From Eledone cirrhosa (lineage: Eukaryota): 64,000 nucleotides of DNA. Below are positions 28,646 through 44,619 of this stretch, piece by piece. Position numbers and translations under genes: made by a program. Location: contig OZ024742.1 of NCBI GenBank assembly GCA_964016885.1, forward strand, positions 116,126,001 through 116,190,000, in the 5' to 3' direction. How positions within the stretch are numbered: the stretch's first letter is position 1; each line of letters begins with the position of its first letter. Below the pieces are notes generated by a model. That model did not search any database. It saw only the letters and a list, made by a program, of their open reading frames with translations, and was not told where the DNA came from.

Positions 28646-29104
28646 AAATTGGAATTCATTAGAGACGCTGTCATTTTTACTTTTTGTTATTTTGTTGTCA
28701 CAAAATTTTCGTCACATCCTTTACAACTTGGTCCCTGTTACACAGTCTATATGTGTGTATGTGTGTGTGTGTGTCTCAGTGATAGGATGGGTGTGTGGGT
28801 ATGTATTGTTACCATTCAGAATTTCCCCATCGATGAGATTGCACCAGAAGAAATGCAATCATTATCTAGCAATTATTGGGGACTCTTATGGTTGTTTCTT
28901 TAATAAAAAAAAAAGAATATTTATGCTCCATAACGTGGCCCTTTATTTGCTGGACTTAAGCGGAGACCTATTTGATGCATGCAATCCGGCCTAGGTTTCC
29001 GGTTTCAAAATATCTTCCTTCTAACTCGTTTCGAACTGAATCAGTTCACTACATATTATTAAATCAATATAAATAAATAGATACATACATAGATATGTAT
29101 ATAT

Positions 29105-29206
<102 letters not shown>

Positions 29207-30074
29207 TGATATATATATATATATATTTGTAGCATACACACACACACATATATATATATACATATATACCCAAATACATACATAAATGCGTGTGTATCTA
29301 GTGCTACTCACACTCATTCATAATAGCTGGATAGATGGATAAATAGATAGAGGGATAGTTAGATAGATGGATATATAAATAGATAGATAAAGATAGATAG
29401 ATAGATATATAGATAGATAGATAGGTAGATAGATAGATATACAGACAGACAGTCGTACGTTGTCAAGGTACGGTGCCACAGGGAATAACATAGCATCTAA
29501 TCATTTATCCATCTCCTAGACACAGCATCTTAACTATCTAGTTAGTTGGCTTTTATATGTCATCTCTCACACTTTCCCGTCCAGCTCTTAGCAAACACTT
29601 ATTTTACGTCATACTGTGAGTTTAATCCTTTCATCTACGACGTTATTCTTGATGTCGTGGTTGTATAACTGGTAGAGCATCTAACTAAAACCATTGCATA
29701 TATCTATGTCCTTTTCCCCCTCTATCTATCTCACCCCTCTATTTCTCTTTCTATGTCTCCCTCTATTTCTCCTCTTCTAACTCACACCTCTTTCAGTTCA
29801 AATCCAGTCTGTCGTCTTTATTTTATTAGAGAGAAGAAGAGCGATAAAATAACTAGCAATCAAGTACAGAGGATCGATTTAATCGATTTTCTTTCCTCCC
29901 CATTACCGGTACCGCTACTACGACAAAAATTCTTGATCCTGTGCCTCTGTTAGCAATCATTATCGTTGTTCTTGAGTTAGACAGACAGACACACATACAC
30001 ACACATATATTTACGCAGACACTCAAACACAAACACACACGCACCCACACAGACATACATATTCATGCGCACGC

Positions 30075-30106
<32 letters not shown>

Positions 30107-30115
30107 ATCTATATA

Positions 30116-30160
<45 letters not shown>

Positions 30161-31728
30161 GGGAGCGGGGACATGGGTGTATGCTTGTATGTATATCTGC
30201 GCAAATATGTAAATATTCCCCGCATACAGGAACACATAAATAGACACACATATAACGTGCTTTTATTTGGACATTCGATCTGATAGAAATAGCAGTCAAT
30301 TGCCCCTCCTTTCTACCTTAAAATCACATTGTTTAGGTTCTCTAAAAGAAAATACAATACAATAAATCATAACGTTATTTCCCCAACTTAAAATCCTTTA
30401 TGATTTCCCAGTCGGTCTGGAATTACTCAACACCCACAGAGCCATCTAAGGATTATAACTCCCATCTCCAACCCACACTACCCAGAAGTAAACATCAATA
30501 AAACTTACAAAGTGAGATTATTTAGTGAACTAATCATCTTCTATTTTTTTATTTCACTATAATTGCTTTTGTTTTGTGCTCTTTGTTGTTATTGTTTACG
30601 TTTGGATTTCAAATACCACCGTGAAAAACTTTGCTGCCTTTTTTCCATCCGTCACTGGTAAACTATTATACCAGTTAAGTACTGAGATCGCTATATTGAT
30701 TCACCCCATTCGTCAAATTACTGGCCTTGCTCTAATACTTGAAAAAATTATCACTATTGTTTATAAGAGTCTTTAAGCCATGGGGAACTAAGATCAAATC
30801 CCAGTAAGCTCAATTTTACTTTTCATCTTTCAGTGCTCGATAAATTAAGAATCAGCTATGTACTTGCATAGTTATAATCGACTTTCTCTTCCCCTCAATA
30901 TGATCGGTTTGTATATAGAGTAGAAGCCATTCTTATTAGTGTTTGGCAGAATTGCCAGGTCGTTGGACAAAGTATCTCCCGGAATTTAGTTACGACTTTT
31001 TACGTTCTAATTTCAAACCACGTTGCAGGCGGCTTCTCTTTTCATCCTTAAAGAGAATGGAATGATATAAGTAACATACCAGTCAAGTAAGGTCGATTTC
31101 ATCGATTAAAACATGTAAGAAATTAATATTATTGTAAAAAATGTCGTTCAAACGACCGAGGTTCACTTTGCTGTTCATCCCTTCGTTGGTGGTGGTGTTG
31201 GTAGTGGGAGAGAATGCAGAATTGATTCCTCCTCTATCTATCCTTCTCGCTCTGGAAAAAATCGATTGATGGATGGTTTCTCCTTGTTTTAAATGTGTAC
31301 GACACGCCTCGCAATCATAAGGTTCCATGTTCGGTCTCACTTAACGAACTCTATCTGAAATTCAATGGGTTAACATTTTCACACACTGTGTCACGTTGAA
31401 TCTCCTTGACAATTAATTACCTTAAGGGTACTCGATGTATGGAAGTGTCAACAACTGGCGCGACAATATCACAAGGAGGTTGTTTCGATTGTCGTACAAC
31501 TGGAAAATTCATTTCATTTAAATATTGTTACTGTTAAATCATTCCAACCATCAATTCAATAGTTGTTATTGTTGTTAATGCTGTTGTAGTCATCATTGTT
31601 GTTATCGTTGTCGTGGTCTCTGAGAATGTTGCTGTCAATGGCATACCTTTTTTCCTCTTGAAACCTCAAACAAAACATACAAACGCACACAAACATGCAA
31701 CACACACTATCATATAGATACATTTAAT

Positions 31729-31945
31729 GATTTTTGGTTTAGGCGCAAAGCCAGACATTTTCGGGAAGGGGAAAGTCAATTTAATCGACAACAGTGTATT
31801 ACTGGTACTTTATTTTCTCGATCCACGTAAGGATAAAAGGCAAAGGTAACCTCAGTGGGATTTGAAATCGGAAACATAAAGTGCCGTAACTCTATGCTGC
31901 GAAACATGGTATTCGACTCTTTACCGATACTGCCAACCCACCGCC
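31729..31945 (-). mobile_element. tRNA-derived SINE (diverged)
   Basis: Aligns to the other copies; head at 31920-31945. Confidence 0.7.
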
Positions 31946-32473
31946 CATATAATTACACACAATTAAACGTAGATATACTTACGCATACTAGGTATATAAA
32001 CAGACACATACTACATAAACAATCACTCACATATGGTATATATAGCCACACATACACAGGAGCAACCTAACTCCCACTCATTCGTCTACAACCGTTTTTC
32101 TTCAAAATGAATGTTTATGAAGTATTAAAATGTGTGAGTGTTCCTCTGTGTGTGTGTGTGCGTGAGTGTGTGTGAGGAGAGAGAATATACATACCCACTG
32201 TCTTTCTATCAGTCGGTCTGTATAACTTTTAATATATCGATCTATGTCTGTTTATATGTATATCGGATTATCGACCTAGCTAGGCATGTACGCATGTATG
32301 TATGTCTATATACAATTTAAATCATTTGTATTGTGTGTATATTTCTATTTCTATGTATGTGTGTGTATATATATATATATATATTATATATATGTATATA
32401 TATGCATATATATGAATATATATATATATTATATATATATGTATATATATGAATATATATATATGTATATATG

Positions 32474-32543
<70 letters not shown>

Positions 32544-33039
32544 TATATATATTTATATATGTATGTGTGTGTGTATCTGTGTATAAGTATGTGTGTGTGT
32601 ACAAATACTTACACATACATGCGCACGCGCAATAGGTTGGTTGAAGGGACGGCTGACTAAAATCGGAATTCGTATGAAGGAGGGATGTGAGGATGGAATT
32701 GCCTGGAAGAGACAGGAGATAGGGGAATGGGAGACCTACATGAGGTGTAGAAAGAGGAGTATAAAATTATTCAATTTTATTTTAAATATATACAGATTTA
32801 TAAATATTTCCATAATCAGTGTTACATATAGAAAATAACATTGTCTCCCCACCCTACGCAGAGACACCATCACCATCACCATCAACATCACCTAAATAAA
32901 TAAATTATAATAATCCACTGATAACGATAATATATATTAAATAACCGTCAATATATAGACTTATCAATTTTTTCGTAGAATTTTTATTGTTCGTTAATGT
33001 ATTTATTTTGTTCTTTTTCTGTCTGTTAAAATGCATTGC

Positions 33040-33120
33040 GCCATTTGTTCCATCTCTTTACATTCTGAGTTCAAATCCCGCTAAGGTCAACTTTACCTTT
33101 CATCATTCAGGGTTGAGAAA
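33040..33120 (+). mobile_element. SINE fragment
   Basis: TTCTGAGTTCAAATCCCGCTAAGGTCAACTTTACCTTTCATC. Confidence 0.6.
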
Positions 33121-33917
33121 TTGTTCGATTTTTGACTAAATTAGAAACTGTTATTGAATAACAGGTAAAGAAAAGGTGAGAGGAGAAGAAATAACATTGA
33201 GATGAGATGAATGAATGTTGAGGAAGAAAATATTGATGGGCCCTCCCTCATCAACGTCATCATCATGATCATTGTTATCATCACTATCCTCAGCATCATC
33301 GTTCTCTCCACCAATATATACATATTTACTTCAAGCTGAAGACCTCACGAAGTTAGAGGCAATTGTTCCTATTTCTTACCACCTACAGACATGTATTTTC
33401 CACATATTTATTGGCCTCCTTCCTTCATAACATCCATTGCTTTTCTTAACTCAGGGAACTTGTCACTCTCGATCTCCATTCTGTACAATTCTTTAAAAAT
33501 CATCTGTTCCTACCACATGACTTATCTATACGCACTTCCTTATCTCACTATGTTTTATTATATATTGTACTTTTATTTGCTCTCTTATCTATTGAAAAGT
33601 TTTCTGTCGTTTTTAAGTGATACGTAACATACATCTTTCCACATTTCTTTTCGTTCTTATAAGCTTCTGCTTTATGGTTTTAATCACCAACTATGTTTCT
33701 GCTTCATCAGTCATTGCTGGTATGATACATTAGTCAAACACTGCGCTTCGGGCATAGTGGCACGTTACTGTTCATGATGTCATTTAATATCGAAGCCAAA
33801 CATGTATGCATACATACAAACATACATACACACACACATACACACACAAAAACTCACACGCACACACACATACATACACACACATATAACTATATTTATA
33901 TATATATATATATATAA

Positions 33918-33988
<71 letters not shown>

Positions 33989-34646
33989 TAACTTAATGTT
34001 AAATATATACATCGTTGCTTCTCAAAGAGGGTTACTAGCAACCATGGGGTTTAGGGAAATAAGGTGATGAGATACGTTTCAATAAAATTTCAGAAATAAT
34101 ATACATATATATATATATACAATTTTTATCGAGCCCACTTCCGAATTTGGTCTCCGTAATTATTATTACTATATATATATATATATTTCTCTTGGAAGCA
34201 AATTTTGTGTTGGCTCTCCAAGTCCTAGAACAATGTACCAACTAAACCCCACTTCTGATAATAACTATGTATGTGTTTCCTATTTTTAGATTAATTGTTC
34301 AAGAATTCCTTCAGAAACGTGTTTTAACAACGTGATTTAACAATACTATATTAACTAATGCCAAATTTAATGTATACATACATGATAATGGCTGCCCGCT
34401 CGCTATCGAGTACGGCCATTGTACGATATAACATTATTAATAATTACCAATTAATGCTATCGTGCAATCCCTGTGCGTGAAGATTTTTTTTTAAGTGAGG
34501 AAAGATTGTACACTGAGCCAATCCCACACTCTGGTGATACGGGGGATTTTCGACACCCTGCAGGACAAAAACACAACCCGACAAAGGGTGGAAGAACTCA
34601 TAAGAGTTAACGGACATCCAAAAATGTGTAAATATGTATATACATG

Positions 34647-34718
<72 letters not shown>

Positions 34719-34749
34719 CATGTGTATATATATATATATATATACATAT

Positions 34750-35000
34750 AGTAATAATAATAAATGTGACGACTAAAATGCAAAAAGGGCTCGATAATTA
34801 TAAATATATATCAAATATATAAGAACCCTAAAGCAAATATTTATTAAAATAACAGATTAAAGTTTAAGCAAAGAATCGCTGCTTTCATCCTTAACGGGAT
34901 CTTCTGAAACTAAAAATGTCTTTTTAATTTCAGAAGATCCCGCTAAGGGTGAAAGCAGCGATTCTTTGCTTAAATTTTATTCTTTTATTTTAATAAATAT
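34750..35000 (-). mobile_element. Fold-back element with ~80-bp arms plus tail
   Basis: Arms 34837-34917 and 34921-35000 with a degenerate core CAGAAGA TCCC..GGGT GAAA. Tail TATCGAGCCC..TT(A/G)GTC also occurs at 34125-34170 and 46120-46180. Confidence 0.65.
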
Positions 35001-35013
35001 ATATATATATATA

Positions 35014-35048
<35 letters not shown>

Positions 35049-36011
35049 ATACATGTATGCATGTGTATGTATATGAGCGGGGACATAAAAATAATCGGGC
35101 TGGATACCCGATCGCGCGGTTAAACCACTGAGCGGGAAGACCTCTAGTCTTTGTCAGGGCATTCTTCTAGGAAAAGGCAACACCGGAAACTGGGATAACT
35201 CCGACGTAAAACCTGCGGCTAAGTATACATACCTACATACATGCATACATACAAGAAGTTTATAAGATGTAAATTATTGTCCATTCCACAAAGTTATTAA
35301 TAGTTCCAGGCCAGATGTAATATGTAATTCCTTTCTCAAAGTTGAAAATAGGTCTAGGCAAGACCAAATTGTCCTTCTTTCCTCAAAGCTGGCAATACGT
35401 TCAGACATGATGTAAAATATAATTCCCACAGCAATAGGTCCATGTCTGATGTAAAATATAGGCTATATTTCAAGCTGTTCATTGATTTATTAGTCAGTGC
35501 TGATGTGAATTTATTTATGCATTCGTTACACGTATTACCTGCACATGTAGCGTTCACTAGAAGATGAAAACAATTAAAAAATGAGAATTTCAAGCGAGTA
35601 GGTACAGTAAAATCATAGGTCCATGCCAGGTGGCCCACATGATTTCTCTCCCGATCTGACCTGGGGAGTGCAACCGATAGATATAATATCAGTCACGTAT
35701 TACGAGTGTTAGACATCAACAACTTTCAGAACTCCATACAATTCTCTTTCTCATCAAATATGTGTGGCTTATACATAAGATGACTTGTATATAGGAGTAT
35801 GTGTGTGTATATGTGTGTGTGTGTGTTTGCGTGAGTGTCTCTGTGTCTGTGTCTGTGTGATGTGTTTGATATGTCCACATTCTGATTGGTTCATGCAGAA
35901 ATATTCTACGCAGCATAAATATCTGCCGCGATCGAATTACACTGTCGAGGCGGTGGGTAGCTGAGCGGCGCATTTTTATATGTATATATATATATATATG
36001 TGTGTGTGTAT

Positions 36012-36127
<116 letters not shown>

Positions 36128-36307
36128 TTGTTATATTACTATATATATTGTTACTGTTATGTTTGACATTATATCATGTTACGATACACAGAGAATAACG
36201 TTCTCACCGTCTGTAAACAACGACACCCATTGACACACACACACACTCACACACACACGTGCACACACACAAACGCACACACACACACCCACACCCACAT
36301 ACCCCCC

Positions 36308-36355
<48 letters not shown>

Positions 36356-36361
<6 letters not shown>

Positions 36362-36446
36362 TGTAAGTGCACAAAATATATAGGTGTAAGTGCACTATGT
36401 ATATATAGGTGTAAGTGCACTATGTATATATAGGTGTAAGTGCACT
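36356..36446. repeat. Minisatellite, 4 x ~25 bp (TATAGGTGTAAGTGCACTATGTA)
   Basis: Four head-to-tail copies seen directly. Confidence 0.85.
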
Positions 36447-36946
36447 AAATCCCTTTCTATCAATCTCCCCTCTCCTAACGACCACAGGAAGATATATGTA
36501 TGTATATTGCTTCCACCCCCTCACCGACCAGCAGCTGGCCATCTGGCCATTGCTAAATCTGACCTTTATAAAATAACCCACACCCCCAAATAACTTCTCA
36601 TTCACTACCAGAAAGGCACACAGCAGTCAACGAGCTGCTACCAAGATGAAAACTACTATGAAATCCCACAATGAATTTTATACTTGAATTTTCAAATCTC
36701 AAATTTTAACTCTTCTTATTATTAATTTTTCTTAATATTAATCAACATTTGAAAAGATGGCTTTTGCAGACCCATCGAAACCTGTCATTTTTTTATACCC
36801 TTTATTATTTCCTTACCTTATAAAATTATATGTTTTTACACAAAAAAAGTATTCTGTCTCTTATATATTCCATGTGCCATTACCAACCTCAATGTTCTCT
36901 ATAACTTTCGGTTTGTGTAGTAAATTACACTTTTCATATATATATT

Positions 36947-37058
<112 letters not shown>

Positions 37059-37109
37059 TATATATATATACACACACTCAGACACACATATATATATACA
37101 GATGCACAC

Positions 37110-37240
<131 letters not shown>

Positions 37241-37318
37241 TGCACACACACGCACATATATATATATATGTATATATAATATTAATAAATAGAAAACTAT
37301 CTTTATAAAACCATATTT

Positions 37319-37378
37319 ATTATATTATATATATTTCAAGGGCATCAACCCTTTGGCAGGCTCTCATCAGATAAAATA
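37319..37378 (-). ncRNA. Hammerhead-like motif (duplicate at 40921-40981 has core mutated to CTCATGA)
   Basis: TATTTTAT-CTGATGA-GAGCC...CCCTT-GAAA TATATA TA-ATATAATA. Stem II is weak. Confidence 0.55.
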
Positions 37379-37678
37379 CAAAAGTTGTTTTACAGATAGT
37401 GACATATCCAAAACAAAGAACGTATGGATCAGCTCGAGGAACCATCTATTAATGATTGAACCTGACTCTGGAATCGGAAACTCCTCACAGGTCTCGACTC
37501 CCGTCTGAAAATCTCAGCCACGAGTCTTCATGTTAAAACGTATCCTCGAGCTGATCAACAGTGAAACATAAGTAATGTGTAATTAAATATATATAAGATA
37601 CAACACTGATTCTTTGTCCCTTATATTATTTATATATATATACATATATACATACACCTATATAAATATATATATATA

Positions 37679-37806
<128 letters not shown>

Positions 37807-38050
37807 AATATACACTGGTGTGTATGATTGTGTATAGAAGATTATATTAATAAAAGGAATTCCAACTTTGTCTGATTTACTCGTTTTATTTACAATCCTT
37901 TAAAATTATAATGATATTATGATGTAATAGTATAGTAGAATATTAAATGTTAAGTGTTAATTGAACAAGTACTTTCATGCTTTCGCAATCTTCAGGTTCA
38001 TATTCTGTGGTGACAGTAAAGTTTGCAATTTTCATATATAGATATATATT

Positions 38051-39054
38051 TATGTAAGGCGGGTAAAATTCCCGAGATCCATGAACGAGTTCTCTCCAGC
38101 GGTCTCTGTCCCTCATTATCGCTGCCATGTCCTGCGTCTCCAACAGACCAGTGTCTGTCCTTAGGGCATCAACATACGTTAACCTTGGTCTTCCTCTTCT
38201 AGTGTGTCCATGTAGGGGCTCACAAAGGAGCACTGAGTTCAATGTCAACTCTGGATGTCGGTGAGCATGTCCAGCTAACCTCAGTCTCCTCTGTGTCACT
38301 TTTGAGCTGACTTTTGGGATGCTCCCATACAGCTCTGAGTTTTTCATGCTCAGTGTATACTGATTAATGTTCAGAGCCATCCTCAACATTCTCGTGTAGC
38401 ACCCATCCACCATCTGAGTGAGTTTCTTGGTCAGTGTCCAAGTCTCAGACCCATACAGCAGCACAGACTCCACTACAGCAATGAAGAGGCGGAGTTTCAG
38501 GTCTCTACGAAGGTCCGACTTCAACACCGATCTCAAGCTGTGGCACGCCGCCCAGGCCTTGCTCTTCCTCTCAACCACATCATCTTCCGTATTCCCAATC
38601 TTTGCTCCCAAATACAGGAAGCCCTCAACCAATTCTAGCGGCTTCCAGCCTACATTAGTGATTCCCTCTGGCTTCACAACATTCTCTAACATATATTTTG
38701 TTTTAGTCTCATTCATTCTCAGCCCTACACTCATCGACACAGTCTCAACCTCCCGCATCAAATCCTCTGCCTCCTTCACTGTATTTGTCACAAAACTATG
38801 TCGTCGGCAAATTAAGCATCCACTACCTTTTTCGCCCTAACTCTCCTGCTCTGAGCCGATGCTTCAGTAAAGCCAGAGTCCTGGTGTTTCTCCAGTGCAA
38901 GGCGCCTACAATAGTCCACTACGATGATGAAAAGGTAGGAAGCCAATATATCTCCCTGGAGCACTCCATCCAGTATCTCAAAGAACTCTGTCATCCCATC
39001 AGGTGTAATGACTTGGGCTTTGGTCTTGGTGTAGAGCAGTGATATCAGGTCCAC
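38051..39054 (-). mobile_element. 5'-truncated RTE-clade LINE inserted in a TA run of duplication copy 1 only
   Basis: GVLQGDILASYLFIIVVDY; GLRMNETKTKYM; FLYLG; VESVLLYGSETWTLTK; RRLRLAGH; RGRPRLTYVD. Empty site at about 41981-42000. Confidence 0.9.
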
Positions 39055-40816
39055 TATATATATATAGTGCAAATTTGGACGGGAACAATGTATATATATA
39101 TATATACATATGCTAAGCGACCACTTTAAAGAATAATATATTTATATATTTTAGACTTTACTAATTGGGTTTTTTCCAAAGTGAGCAGTAGAAGGTAGCA
39201 TTTTGATAACTACTATTGATTTAGAAAACGTAGACGTAATTATGAATTGCCCACTTGGGCTTGTGACCAGAGTCTTGTGAGTTAGGTAGACTAAATCTGT
39301 TTAAAGGCAGCTTTGCTGAGGTGTATCTGTAATTCAAAGTCCCAATCTTATTCCCAAATTCTGGAGAATTACGTTGAGGGTAAGTATAAAACATTGATCG
39401 CTCCGTAAGTTTACCGTATGTACTGATAGGTAAGACATTTCGTTTATCCATACAACTGAAACACAAATCGTCGAAAGAGACGGATGGCCATTTATTTTAT
39501 TTTAAATATATTCTTATTGCTATTTTAAAGTGTTCAATGCAGTGCATTTAAAGGGCCAATGCTGGAGTAGCTTGTAGGCATTTCGTTACGTCTCTTTACG
39601 TTCGATATTCAAATGATGCTATTATCAGTTTTGATTTTTATCATTTATTTTATAGAATAAAGGGGAGAGGTTTTAGAATAAGGTACCAGCGGAAGGACTG
39701 TTGTCGATTTAATCGCCTATAATCCACTTCTCTAATATGTATAAGAAGACACGTAACTTAGTGTTCAAGATAATGAGGTGGGTTCGATTCCTGTACAAGG
39801 ATGCTACGATGTTCTTGAGCATGATGCTTCATTCCCCGTTGATTGTTATGCTAAAATTGGGGTATTTATGAACAAAACCTCTCTATGCGATGCAACTTCG
39901 TAGTAGGAGAACTAAAACTACATATGTGTGAGCTGTGAAAACAACAACTAATATCTGTGATTTTCTACGTCAAGACTATTCTGAACATTACGCTTCAAAA
40001 AACTACACATAAATATAGTTATTAGAAACAGAGGAGTGGCAAAATATTTAGAGCGTCAGACTGAATTACTTGCAATATGTATTCCGTCACTTTACGTTAT
40101 GGGTATAAATAGCCGCGGGTCAAATTTTCTTATCATTTTTCCCTCGTCCTCAATATAAAGAACTAGGCAACTGCAATAGACAGTTCCCTTTTTCTAGAAA
40201 TTAACGTATATCATCAGTATTTTGTGGGAAAACGGGGAGTAGATGTTGCACGAAATGTCCCAGTAAATATCATTTAGGAATTGAGATCTACGTAATGATC
40301 AGTGTACCTCTTCTAAGAAAACAATCTCTTTTGACTTTACAACAGTAAGATCGTTGAAGCGTCTGACAAATTGGCTTGTGATACTTACATATAACTCTCT
40401 TATTTTCTGAACCAACTTAAGTCTACTGTAGCTGTCTTCTTTCCAAACGTTTATACAGTAAACTAGCATTCTAGTAATGCGGTAGAGTGTTATAAACTCA
40501 ACTGCTCACTATTAGAAAATATTTCTGTCCTTGAAAATATGAATGTATTCAATGGTATTACTCACTTTTATGAATTTTACTAGACAGAAAATATGTTGTT
40601 AAACCCAGATATGTTATTCAGAGACCAGGTGTGGTTTTTCATTCTTAAAATATACTAATAAATAAATGTTGACGTTTACTAGCACCGGATCGTATAAATA
40701 ATTGACGAAATCACTTTACAGAACTCTGACCGACTATCATTACATATATGACACGGAAATAGACATTCATCCTTATGTACACGTATACTTCAACACGTAG
40801 ATATTTCCCTTTGTGG

Positions 40817-40886
<70 letters not shown>

Positions 40887-41029
40887 AATAAATAGGAAAC
40901 TATCTTTATAAAACCATATTTATTTTATTATATATATTTCAAGGGCATCAACCCTTTGGCAGGCTCTCATGAGATAAAATACAAAAGTTGTTTTACAGAT
41001 AGTGACATATCCAAAAACAAGAACGTATG

Positions 41030-41275
41030 GATCAGCTCGAGGAACCATCTATTAATGATTGAACCTGACTCTGGAATCGGAAACTCCTCACAGGTGTCGA
41101 CTCCCGTCTGAAAATCTCAGCCACGAGACTTCATGTTGAAACGTATCTGAGGAGCTTCCGATTCCAGAGTCAGGTTCGATCATTAATAGAACGTTCCTCG
41201 AGCTGATCAACAGTGAAACATAAGTAATGTGTAATTAAATATATACCAGATGCAACACTAATTCTATGTTCCTTA
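41030..41275 (+). mobile_element. Fold-back element (internally deleted in copy 1, 37427-37625)
   Basis: Arms 41030-41090 and 41148-41208. The loop holds a degenerate core CTGAAAA...GAAAC GT ATC. Confidence 0.65.
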
Positions 41276-41619
41276 TATTATATATATATAAACATATATA
41301 CACACACATATATAAATATATATATGGAGGAGGTTATAGTTCACTTGAAGAATTGTGTAATGAGGTATAAACGTGTGTATATGTATAATAAAACCAAAAC
41401 AATGCAGGTATGGACATAGAATAAAGAATGCAAATGCAAAAGATATTGTTGACAATTAGTCTTTTACCTTAGATTTATTTAAATGTCCTTAATTTTCGAG
41501 ATAATATCTTTTCTTCAGAGGGATGTAAAGCTGTCAAACCAGTGTTCTAAATAGCTTGCCAAGCATGACTTGGAAAGCTATTTAGAACACTTCTATACAC
41601 AATCATACACACCAGTGTA

Positions 41620-41689
<70 letters not shown>

Positions 41690-41714
41690 TATATATATAT
41701 ATATATATATATAT

Positions 41715-41762
<48 letters not shown>

Positions 41763-43744
41763 TGGTGTGTATGATTGTGTATAGAAGATTATATTAATAA
41801 AAAGAATTCCAACTTTGTCTGATTTACTCGTTTTATTTACAATCTTTTAAAATTATAATGATATTATAATGAAATAGTATGGTAGAATATTAAATGTTAA
41901 GTATTAATTGAACAAGTATTTTCATGCTTTCGCAATCTTCAGGTTCACATTCTGTGGTGACATTCAAGTTTTCAATTTTCATATATACATATATATATAG
42001 TGCAAATTTGGACGGGAACAATGTATATATATATATATATATATATACATATGCTAACCGACCACTTTAAGTAATAATATATTTATATATTTTAGACTTT
42101 ACTAATTGGGTTTTTTCCAAAGTGAGCAGTAGAAGGTAGCATTTTGATAACTACTATTGATTTAGAAAACGTAGACGTAATTATGAATTGCCCACTTGGG
42201 CTTGTGACCAGAGTCTTGTGAGTTAGGTAGACTAAATCTGTTTAAAGGCAGCTTTGCTGAGGTGTATCTGTAATTCAAAGTCCCAATCTTATTCCCAAAT
42301 TCTGGAGAATTACGTTGAGGGTAAATATAAAACATTGATTGCTCCGTAAGTTTACCGTATGTACTGATAGGTAAGACATTTCGTTTATCCATACAACTGA
42401 AACACAAATCGTCGAAAGAGACGGATGGCCATTTATTTTATTTTAAATATATTCTTATTGCTATTTTAAAGTGTTCAATGCAGTGCATTTAAAGGGCCAA
42501 TGCTGGAGTAGCTTGTAGGCATTTCGTTACGTCTCTTTACGTTCGATATTCAAATGATGATATTATCAGTTTTGATTTTTATCATTTATTTTATAGAATA
42601 AAGGGGAGTGGTTTTAAAATAAGGTACCAGCGGAAGGACTGTAGTCGATTTAATCGCCTATAATCCACTTCTCTAATACATTTAAGAAGACACGTAACTT
42701 AGTGTTCAAGATAATGAGGTGGGTTCGATTCCTTTACAAGGAGGCTACGATGTTCTTGAGAATGATGCTTCATTCCCCGTTGATTGTTATGCTAACATTG
42801 GGGTATTTATGAACAAAACCTCTCTATGCGATGCAACTTCGTAGTAGGAGAACTAAAACTACATATGTGTGAGCTGTGAAAACAACAACTAATATCTGTG
42901 ATTTTCTACGTCAAAACTATTCTGTACATTACGCTTCAAAAAACTACACTTAAATATAGTTATTAGAAACAGAGGAGTGGCAAAATATTTAGAGCGTCAG
43001 ACTGAATTACTTGCAATATGTATTGCGTCACTTTACGTTATGGGTATAAATAGCCCGCGGGTCAAATTTTATTATAATTTTTCCTCCGTCGTCAATATAA
43101 AGAACTAGGCAACTGCAATAGACAGTCCCCTTTCTCTAGAAATTAACGTATATCATCAGTATTTTGTGGGAAAACGGGGAGTAGTGGTTGCACGAAATTT
43201 CCCAGTAAATATCATTCAGGAATTGAGATCTACGTAATGATCAGTGTACCTCTTCTTAGAAAACAATCTCTTTTGACTTTACAACAGTAAGATCGTTGAA
43301 GCGTCTGACAAATTGGCTTGTGATACTTACATATAACTCCCTTATTTTCTGAACCAACTTAAGTCTACTGTAGTTGTCTTCTTTCCAAAAGTCTATACAG
43401 TAAACTAGCATTCTAGTAATGCGGTAGAGTGTTATAGAGTCCACTGCTCACTATTAGAAAAATTTCTGTCCTTGAAAATATGAATGAAATCAATGGTATT
43501 ACTCACTTTTATGAATTTTACTAAACAGAAAATATGTTGTTAAACCGAGAGACCAGGTGTGGTTTTTCATTCTTAAAATATACTAATAAATAAATGTTGA
43601 CGTTTACTAACACCGGATCGTATAAATAATTGATGAAATCATTTTACATAACTTTGACCGACTATCATTACATATATGACACGGAAATAAACATTCATCC
43701 ATATGTACACGTATACTTCAACACGTAGATATTTCCCTGTTTGG

Positions 43745-43832
<88 letters not shown>

Positions 43833-43865
43833 CTAAAGAATATATATGTTCTCGACTGTTTTCTA

Positions 43866-43959
43866 GTCCAGCAATAGCAAGCGGTGGGAGCGACCGTCCT
43901 GACGAAGGCCGGTCAAGCCTGAAATGCATAGACGGTTGTCCCACTTGCTTCTGCTGGAC
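43866..43959 (+). ncRNA. Type I hammerhead ribozyme, predicted cleavage after 43930
   Basis: CGACCGTC-CTGACGA-AGGC CGGTCAA GCCT-GAAA-TGCA-TA-GACGGTTG. Stem I extends about 30 bp with bulges (GTCCAGCA/TGCTGGAC). Confidence 0.9.
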
Positions 43960-44072
43960 ACCACGAGAGGGCGTTATCCCCGATGTTTGCAGAGCTACGG
44001 ATCCCTTAAACCGTTTCTTTAGATATACGAAATGTATATACATGTTGTATAAAGCTTTGATTGAAGCGAAAT

Positions 44073-44180
<108 letters not shown>

Positions 44181-44293
44181 ATTTCGCTTCAATCAAAGCT
44201 TTATACAACATGTATATACATTTCGTATATCTAAAGAAACGGTTTAAGGAATCCGTAGCTCTGCAAACATCGGGGATAACGCCCTCTCGTGGT

Positions 44294-44387
44294 GTCCAGC
44301 AGAAGCAAGTGGGACAACCGTCTATGCATTTCAGGCTTGACCAGCCTTCGTCAGGACGGTCGCTCCCACCGCTTGCTATTGCTGGAC
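44294..44387 (-). ncRNA. Type I hammerhead ribozyme (mirror copy)
   Basis: Same as 43866-43959, with stem II AGGCT GGTCA AGCCT. Confidence 0.9.
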
Positions 44388-44619
44388 TAGAAAACAGTCG
44401 AGAACATATATATTCTTTAGAAATACGGAATTTCTATACATATTGTATAAAGCTATGCTTGAAGCGAAATCTAATTTCTTTTCTATTATAAGTTGAGCCA
44501 ACTTAATTTCATAGATTTTGGTCAGTATTGGCCCGGGCCATGTCTAACTTAATAGCAACACCTGACGAAGTCTTTCAAATCAGGATTTGGTCACCAAAGC
44601 CCATTCAAGAAGAGAGTTA

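Noticed and set aside
35340-35500. Possible Sola2-like transposase motif (KIGLGKTKL...CKI)
   Set aside because: Too short and frameshifted to support.
36356-36446. Four ~25-bp repeats resembling a CRISPR array
   Set aside because: No unique spacers, eukaryotic context and no cas genes; it is a minisatellite.
39221-42407. Two near-identical 81-aa ORFs suggesting a conserved gene
   Set aside because: Explained by the tandem duplication; no recognisable domain.
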